This document shows, in pieces, positions 58,131 through 64,000 of a stretch of DNA of 64,000 nt (its first letter is position 1; every line of letters begins with the position of its first letter). The stretch is taken from the IMG/VR virus record IMGVR_UViG_3300035517_000173, positions 4,346 to 68,345 of that record. One strand, 5' to 3'. Below the pieces are notes generated by a model, which was given only the letters and a program-made list of their open reading frames with translations, was not told the origin of the DNA and did not search any database. The DNA comes from a virus. Lineage: Duplodnaviria; Caudoviricetes. Position numbers and translations under genes: made by a program.

Positions 58131-58828
58131 TCCCCCACATCTGCCACAACAAAATCTTCCTTGTTGGCGTTCTGCTCAATAGTACTCTGTACGGATTCCA
58201 TCATGTCATCAGCCGAATATTCCTTAAAATCTCCGTCAATGATTTCATCAGAGGTGTAAATCCCCATTGAGATTTCCGGGCAATTCATTCTTGAGAAGAA
58301 TGACGCTGCACGATACCTTAACATTACTTCCGGCATGGTTTTCCATTTGCTACCATTCTTTGAAGTCCATCCCTCGGCATTTGCCATATCCATATCAATT
58401 ACCGGTCCTTCTACTCTTCTACCGTCTTTCGTAGTCCAACACTGGCATGAAAACGGTTTATTCTTTTCATCACGCTTTAAGTCAAATTGCAGTTCCATGT
58501 CATACTTACGGCTTGCGTTAATTGTTCCAATAAGCCATTTCGCATTCCACCCTGGCTTCCCTTGTATAACGTCAAGATTCTGCATTACCAAAAACGGACT
58601 TGTCTTCATTCTGATAGAAATATCAATCGCAATCATGCAGTTTGCTTCATTCTTCTGATACTCTTTTGGAACAAGCGTAGACTGTGATAATGCTTTCGCC
58701 ATCTGATAAGCCATTGTAAAATTGTCGGATGTTCCAAAAATTCCAAGGCTAAAGTCTGTAACCTTATTTGCTACCGATTTCACTTCTTTCTTTTCTTCTA
58801 CTGCTACCTCATTCTTTGTTTCGCTCAT
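58127..58828 (-). CDS. Single-strand annealing recombinase (RecT-like)
   Basis: VP..YQ.N.ANC, VMQNL.VIQGKP.W, WKTMPEVMLRYRAASFF. Confidence 0.75.
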   Translation of the reverse strand: MSETKNEVAVEEKKEVKSVANKVTDFSLGIFGTSDNFTMAYQMAKALSQSTLVPKEYQKNEANCMIAIDISIRMKTSPFLVMQNLDVIQGKPGWNAKWLIGTINASRKYDMELQFDLKRDEKNKPFSCQCWTTKDGRRVEGPVIDMDMANAEGWTSKNGSKWKTMPEVMLRYRAASFFSRMNCPEISMGIYTSDEIIDGDFKEYSADDMMESVQSTIEQNANKEDFVVADVGD

Positions 58829-58831
58829 TTT

Positions 58832-59098
58832 CTATTCCTCGCTTTCTTTATTCTCAACATACAAACTTCCGTCTGCGTTTAATCTAGGTGTAATTCCACC
58901 CTTGGAATAACTACTAAAAATTACATATTGCACTCCTGTTTTTTCATCAACCCATATTGATATACATTCGTTGCCCATACTGGAAACAGTATTTTCTCCT
59001 ATTGTGTCAACAGAACAACCAATAAGTCCAAAACATAAACCAATCACAGACAAGATAACAATAATTTTCTTTTTCATTCTTCCACCATCCTTTACCAA
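58832..59098 (-). CDS. DUF6440-like lipoprotein
   Basis: LIGC lipobox; VDEKTGVQY...GGITPRLNADG. Confidence 0.75.
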   Translation of the reverse strand: MVKDGGRMKKKIIVILSVIGLCFGLIGCSVDTIGENTVSSMGNECISIWVDEKTGVQYVIFSSYSKGGITPRLNADGSLYVENKESEE

Positions 59099-59358
59099 AG
59101 TCCATCATTCAAATCTGAAATACTTATCATAAGTCCATCTCTTTCTCTGTTTTTCAGATACTTTTCTTTGTCAATAAAACATAATTCTGATTTGTTTACA
59201 TCTTTTCTGTCTACCGCAAATGCAAAAATCAATCCCTCTTTTTCCATTTGAGTTTTCAGAAATGACAAGGAAACTTCTATCATTGTTCTTGTTTCATCTG
59301 TCATTTTCCCACCTCGCTTAAAATCTGTTCTACAATCCTCTTGCATTGCTCGATACAA
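59092..59358 (-). CDS. Hypothetical protein
   Basis: Co-oriented ORF. Confidence 0.6.
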   Translation of the reverse strand: MYRAMQEDCRTDFKRGGKMTDETRTMIEVSLSFLKTQMEKEGLIFAFAVDRKDVNKSELCFIDKEKYLKNRERDGLMISISDLNDGLW

Positions 59359-59735
59359 TAATCTAATGTGCGAATAGGATTGTCCTCATTGCAAATTTTG
59401 TAATATCCAATTTGTTCTAATGACAAGATACTTCCCATTGCCTCGCTATCCTCTGCATACAATTTCTTTGCAGTTTCAAAATCATATCCGTCGCAAGCGT
59501 GCGCACAATCAAAACCTATCCACCATGTATCTTTATCTGATTGACTGTATAAATCCTTTTTGCTATATGTAAGTCCACAATGACAATCTATAGGAATATC
59601 AATATAAGATTTTTTGTAATACTTATGACCTTTTGGTATTCCTACATATCCGCACCGATAACCCATATACATGAACAATACAACGCACGGAAAACCTTTG
59701 TAATCAAATCTTTTTTCTTGTACTGGAATCGCCAT
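59301..59735 (-). CDS. Conserved phage protein
   Basis: RCGYVGIP...HCGLTYS...WWIGFDCAHACD. Confidence 0.75.
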   Translation of the reverse strand: MAIPVQEKRFDYKGFPCVVLFMYMGYRCGYVGIPKGHKYYKKSYIDIPIDCHCGLTYSKKDLYSQSDKDTWWIGFDCAHACDGYDFETAKKLYAEDSEAMGSILSLEQIGYYKICNEDNPIRTLDYCIEQCKRIVEQILSEVGK

Positions 59736-59740
59736 TTTCC

Positions 59741-60115
59741 CTACACCTCGCTTTCATATCTGCCATCTATAATCATTCTATCTATGACACATTCCAGTTC
59801 TTCGTATGATATAGACAACTTGATATTCTCCATATTTTCATTGTAATATTCGATTTTGTGTCCGTTTTGGCTGTGGTCTGCACCATGAATATAATTAGGT
59901 TTTTTAGTTGGAGAACCAAACCCGCCTACTCCATATTCCTTTTTCAAGAAATCTATTCTCTCTTTTTTATCTGTGTTAGAATGAAAAAACTCTGCAATTC
60001 TTTTCTTCCCATTTGTGAAACCACTACCACCATTTGCGTAATCTTCAATAGGATTATATTCTTGCGATTCGTTCTGTATAAACGAAAATATAGACATTTG
60101 TCCGTCCATTGTCAT
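59741..60115 (-). CDS. Hypothetical protein
   Basis: GQMSIF; GSGF..GK.RI motif. Confidence 0.7.
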   Translation of the reverse strand: MTMDGQMSIFSFIQNESQEYNPIEDYANGGSGFTNGKKRIAEFFHSNTDKKERIDFLKKEYGVGGFGSPTKKPNYIHGADHSQNGHKIEYYNENMENIKLSISYEELECVIDRMIIDGRYESEV

Positions 60116-62025
60116 ACCTCGCTAACTGTCAATTTTTCGTCATCTGACCGCCTAATCATTATTATCTGATTGTCCATTTCCGGCACTCTCCAACTGTCAA
60201 GGCTCTCGGTATCGTCCGTAATAATCGGAAGTGTTACATTGTTTGCCCTCTGAAACGCCCGACAAATATCTATCTCTGCTAAAATCTTTGCACCATGATT
60301 AAGGTTTCTGTCGTAACTTTCGCCATTTACTACTGGTTGGCAAATATCTTTCAATTCACCGTTTATCTGTGGCTCAAACATCTTAAACTGGATATACTCA
60401 AAATTGTTGTTCACGCTTTCTTCCAGTAATTCATTTTTCTTCCGGTCAAACTCTTTCAGATAGTTCAGAGTCCGTTCTTCATCTGCAATTTTCTGTGAGA
60501 TTTCCCTCTGTTCTTTCTGCAATTCTGCAATCCGTTCATCAATCGCAACATTACTTTCAGATTTTGCAATCTGCTTTTCGATTTCAAGCAACTGTGACCG
60601 CAAGTCGTTTTCTTCATCCTTTAGATTTTGTTTCGTTGTGAAGAAAGAATTACTCTCTTTCATGGCTTTTTCTTTTTCTGCAATTTGATTATTCAGTTCA
60701 ACAATGTCCGTTCTTTCTACAATGTCCATTAACGGTGGAAGTTTACAGAACTGGTTTCTAAGGTCTGCAATGGCTGTATTCAGCATTTCAAGGCTTTTCT
60801 TGTGTTCGGCAAGTTCCAGTTCAAGTGTGCGTAATGTTTCCTGCTCAACCTCAATTTCAGATTTCAAACGATTTCCGCTTTCTTCAATGCTTTTCAATTT
60901 TTCTTCTCTATGGCTTTCAAATTCTGCCCTTAATTCGTCCTTTTTCTCACTAGGGTATTCTTGCCCGCAATACTGACAAATAAGGCTATTTTCGTCAAAT
61001 TCAAGGTCTTGCGTGTCTTTGTACTTCTCACGCAATCTCTCAACATCTATCCGATTTTCTTTGATTTCCCGCTTTACATAAATAATATCTTTTTCTGTGT
61101 CTTTAATCGTTCTATTGGTTTTATCTGCAAGGAATCTCTTTTCTGATAGCTTGTTCTCAATCTCTAACCTATACTTAGAATTTTCCTCATTCGCCTGTCT
61201 GATAAGGTCATTTACTTGAAACTTCAACTCCAGTATTCCGTCACTTGCCTTGTCGATTTCTTCCATCTGCTTAGATAAGTCATCCTGCTTTGCCTTATTC
61301 TCTTTCAACTGCTCCTTTATGGCATTTCTGCTCAATTCCAGTTCGGCAACATCAATGTCAATCTTATGTGTTTCAAGTTCCTTAATTGCTGAAATCTTCT
61401 CATCTCTTTGCTGTTCCAATCCGACAATATTTCTTGCTTTGCTGCCGTGAATTTTATCGTTGCAGCTTTGCTTGATTTCTTTTACACTTCCAACTTGAAG
61501 TAATGCTCTGATTGGCTCAAATTCAGAAAACATATCAACAATTTGTACGTTCGTGAATTTTCCAAATGTATTCTCTAACAGTTCTCTGCGTTTGGAAGTG
61601 TCCATCCGCAAGAAAGAATAAGGATTCACGCATAAATCGCTAGGAATGATTTCTGAAACATATTTCGCATATTCTCCGCTTTGTTTTGGAATATCTGACA
61701 CGTAACAATCCGTCACATTTCCAGTGATTTCTCCCTTTTTGTTGCGTTTCTGATAGTGTGACTTTTTGAGTGTTATGCCGCTGTCAAGTGCCAGTTCAAC
61801 CTCTGTCACAACATCATCAATGTCTTTACCCTCACTGTCATGCGGTCTTATGCCTGTAATTTCCTTGCCGTTCTCATCCTTAAGATTTAATATCCAGTAG
61901 ATAGCACGTTTAATTGTGGATTTTCCAACTTCATTACATCCGCTTATGGATGTAATATTATATAAGTCTGTCTCAAAATTATTATGCTTGCAGAAATTCC
62001 GTAAACGAATGTGTGTAAATTTCAT
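60112..62025 (-). CDS. SMC/SbcC-like AAA ATPase
   Basis: GCNEVGKST Walker A, long coiled coil, LNHG signature, IITDDTE. Confidence 0.88.
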   Translation of the reverse strand: MKFTHIRLRNFCKHNNFETDLYNITSISGCNEVGKSTIKRAIYWILNLKDENGKEITGIRPHDSEGKDIDDVVTEVELALDSGITLKKSHYQKRNKKGEITGNVTDCYVSDIPKQSGEYAKYVSEIIPSDLCVNPYSFLRMDTSKRRELLENTFGKFTNVQIVDMFSEFEPIRALLQVGSVKEIKQSCNDKIHGSKARNIVGLEQQRDEKISAIKELETHKIDIDVAELELSRNAIKEQLKENKAKQDDLSKQMEEIDKASDGILELKFQVNDLIRQANEENSKYRLEIENKLSEKRFLADKTNRTIKDTEKDIIYVKREIKENRIDVERLREKYKDTQDLEFDENSLICQYCGQEYPSEKKDELRAEFESHREEKLKSIEESGNRLKSEIEVEQETLRTLELELAEHKKSLEMLNTAIADLRNQFCKLPPLMDIVERTDIVELNNQIAEKEKAMKESNSFFTTKQNLKDEENDLRSQLLEIEKQIAKSESNVAIDERIAELQKEQREISQKIADEERTLNYLKEFDRKKNELLEESVNNNFEYIQFKMFEPQINGELKDICQPVVNGESYDRNLNHGAKILAEIDICRAFQRANNVTLPIITDDTESLDSWRVPEMDNQIIMIRRSDDEKLTVSEV

Positions 62026-62028
62026 ATA

Positions 62029-62661
62029 TTATTCCTCTCCTTTCACATCTCCGACATGGTATCTCCCATAACCGCTTGACCTACCGCTGCCGATTCCACT
62101 TCCAAATCCTGCAATATTGATAATGTTCAAAATCTGTTCTGCACTATATACATTTTCCATATAGGAAATTGTAAACGTAGCACTCCAACCACTAAAACGA
62201 TTAAGACGTGCTAATACTGGACTTCCCTTTTTAGGCGATATAAGTTTTTCATCAATAAAATGTTCTGAAAACACAATAGGCACTAAATCACCAACAATAT
62301 TTACATTTAAGTCAAATTTTGTCTTGTACTTATCAATCCCACTTCTAACGACCGAATCTCCAAATGATTTTTTTAGTCCAAACCCAGTAATGCAAGGTGC
62401 GTTTTCCTTTAATGCCTTTACTAGTCCTTTTTCTGAAAAATCTTTTGGTTTCCCATTTTTCCAGTGCATGGAAGTAATAATGCACTCCCATTCATTCGGT
62501 TTCTCATTATCTTTTGCCTTATCTTTTCTTTGGTTAATAAGTTGCCTTGCTGTAACATCGTTCATTTTGTTCAGCACCAAATCGCTATCTCCGACGATTG
62601 TTACCTCCATGTACTTTGTTGCAAACGGTTTCATTTCGATTGTGTTTGTAGTTCCTTTCAT
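62029..62661 (-). CDS. RAMP/Cas7-like RNA-binding protein (Vipr-like)
   Basis: N-terminal beta strand EVTIVGDSDLVLNK; W.A...ISY strand; C-terminal Gly loop AGFGSGIGSGRSSGYGRY; directly downstream of the pentamer array. Confidence 0.75.
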   Translation of the reverse strand: MKGTTNTIEMKPFATKYMEVTIVGDSDLVLNKMNDVTARQLINQRKDKAKDNEKPNEWECIITSMHWKNGKPKDFSEKGLVKALKENAPCITGFGLKKSFGDSVVRSGIDKYKTKFDLNVNIVGDLVPIVFSEHFIDEKLISPKKGSPVLARLNRFSGWSATFTISYMENVYSAEQILNIINIAGFGSGIGSGRSSGYGRYHVGDVKGEE

Positions 62662-62700
62662 TTTTAATTCCCCCTTAAACTTAAATTATTTTATTTCTAC

Positions 62701-63185
62701 CTCTACAACCTTGTAAGTGACAATAACAAATACAATATGCTGTCCTAGACTGTGATTTCCTGTCCTGTTATGTCCTTTAATACGCTATAGTGTTCTATGC
62801 AAGTGGCTATTGCCACTTATAAGATTGTAGAGAATAGTGTACTGTATTATGGTATGGTGTACTGTCGTGTTGTTTTGTTTTAATACGCTAAATTGATGTG
62901 TTTTGATTTGTTATCTGCCTTGATAGGCATTGGGTTAGCCTTAAAACTTTACAAGTATAGTTTATTGTTCTGTTTTGTCATGTGATGTACTGTACTGTTT
63001 TGCAGTGTTCTTGTTAGAATTAAAGCCAACCAAATACCTACCAAATTGCCCCATAATTCGTGAGTAAAACATATCCAAAGTAAAGATGTATTATAATGTT
63101 CTTTGCTGTTTTGTTATAATCTGTGATTTCATGTCCTGTTCTTTCCTGTTTTTATAGATGGTTTTACCCACCAACTATAAGGCAA
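62701..63185 (-). ncRNA. Array of four guide-like RNA units of NN-(ACA) pentamers, three enclosed by 24-28-bp stems
   Basis: Units at 63087-63151, 62956-63015, 62833-62913, 62731-62800; stems 63158-85/63046-72, 63020-43/62921-44, 62806-32/62701-27; 11 G-U pairs on the minus strand versus 1 A-C. Confidence 0.85.
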
Positions 63186-63203
63186 CTAGCAGATATTAAA
63201 TTT

Positions 63204-63632
63204 TCAAAGTGCGTCTATCTCTGCAAAAATACTCTCTAATTCAGTTAGCGTGTGATACCTCTTTTTGAAAGACTGCAATTCCAGTTTTGCCCTTTTCAAT
63301 AAACTTTGGTATTCATCTTCGTTCTTTAAAATCATTTTCACTGGTTGATATACGCTTTTTTGCGTTGTAATCTGAAAAGTTCTTATTGGTTCGTTATCTT
63401 TTTCAACTGGGGTAAATACAAACATTCGTATCATTTCTCTTGCTTGCAGATTTCTATATTTCTCCCCGGCTACAGTGTCATTCCACTCAAAATCATTGTG
63501 TATGACCGAATTTTCGTTCCTTGCCAAATCCACAACATTCTGTGGCGTGATATTTTCTAGTTTAGCTATTTCCTCATAGGCTTTTTGTGCGTCAGCCTTA
63601 TATTTTGGAATTTTCCATGATATTTTCTCCAT
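63204..63632 (-). CDS. Accessory protein immediately upstream of the pentamer array
   Basis: ITPQNVVDLARNENSVIHNDFEWNDTVAGEKYR..QAR motif; helical. Confidence 0.8.
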   Translation of the reverse strand: MEKISWKIPKYKADAQKAYEEIAKLENITPQNVVDLARNENSVIHNDFEWNDTVAGEKYRNLQAREMIRMFVFTPVEKDNEPIRTFQITTQKSVYQPVKMILKNEDEYQSLLKRAKLELQSFKKRYHTLTELESIFAEIDAL

Positions 63633-63635
63633 TTG

Positions 63636-63998
63636 CTAACACCTCGATTCTTCTAATTCCTTAACTTCTCCATTTTCGATAACATACCAAGTGTTTTCTT
63701 TGATGGTTTCTCCGTCTACTTGTACCATCTTCGCACCTTTCAATGTCCATGAATCAGGTTTCCAGTATTCAGATTCGTCACCTTCCCAATCTGCAAATAC
63801 AAGATGTGAACCTTTAACGCCTTTGGCTTTGGACTTGTAACCCCATGCAATAGCAACCGATTCTTTATCTTTTGCAGATGAAGCACCCTTGTAACCAGTG
63901 GCAGATGAAGCACCACAGTTACCAGTGGCAGATGAAGCACCCTTGTAACCAGTGGCAGATGAAGCACCCTTGTAACCAGTGGCAGATGAAGCACCCTT
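63636..63998 (-). CDS. Gly/Ala/Ser repeat protein (partial, runs off the window)
   Basis: True frame reads (GASSATGYK)n...AIAWGYKSKAKG...VDGETIKENTWY; the track ORF 63740-63994 is the wrong frame. Confidence 0.8.
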   Translation of the reverse strand, partial: KGASSATGYKGASSATGYKGASSATGNCGASSATGYKGASSAKDKESVAIAWGYKSKAKGVKGSHLVFADWEGDESEYWKPDSWTLKGAKMVQVDGETIKENTWYVIENGEVKELEESRC

Positions 63999-64000
63999 GT
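63874..64000. repeat. 27-bp tandem repeat (at least 4.7 copies)
   Basis: GCAGATGAAGCACCCTTGTAACCAGTG units. Confidence 0.95.

Noticed and set aside
62701-63185. Calling the array a CRISPR array or a simple microsatellite
   Set aside because: There are no identical 23-50-bp repeats with spacers. Fixed-phase variable dinucleotides, long covarying stems and in-frame motif decodes argue against a slippage microsatellite.
63740-63994. ORF MLHLPLVTRV...
   Set aside because: Wrong frame of the 27-bp repeat; the GASSATGYK frame has a sensible C-terminal domain and stop.
1-64000. Host chromosomal genes, rRNA or IS elements
   Set aside because: None recognised; all interpretable ORFs are phage-type.

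Overview
This window is almost entirely one temperate siphovirus genome of a low-GC Firmicute (Lachnospiraceae/Clostridia-like gene content); I see no clear host genes. At the left end are a cI-like repressor with three operators and a second XRE regulator. Nearly everything else reads on the minus strand. Read in transcription order from the right end, the modules are: early recombination and replication (SMC-like ATPase, annealing protein, MBL hydrolase, SSB, methylases, replication initiator with iterons, primase-helicase); a large serine recombinase with a candidate intact att site; an unexplained 8-gene module; TerS-like gene; a tRNA and tRNA-like array; an intein-containing TerL; then portal, scaffold, capsid, tail, tape measure and tail fibre. 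The standout is 62029-63632: a RAMP/Cas7-like gene and an upstream accessory gene flank a 485-nt non-coding array of 5-nt repeats (NN plus mostly ACA) held in long RNA stems. Reading only the variable NN dinucleotides as codon positions 1-2 spells protein motifs. One unit gives AELALGYGGSVGAL, a phage family-A DNA polymerase motif; another gives KELNVVSWND, a YdbC/PC4 ssDNA-binding protein motif. This points to a VIPR-like RNA-guided anti-phage system with a wobble-skipping code and an ACA scaffold. Other highlights: an apparent CUU-UGA-CUA stop-hop inside the HxHxDH motif of the MBL gene, an Ala-start class-3-like intein, degenerate tRNA-like elements with an RLIG1-like RNA ligase, a -1 frameshift in the tail chaperone, and morons. 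All family assignments come from motif recognition by eye and recall, not database searches.
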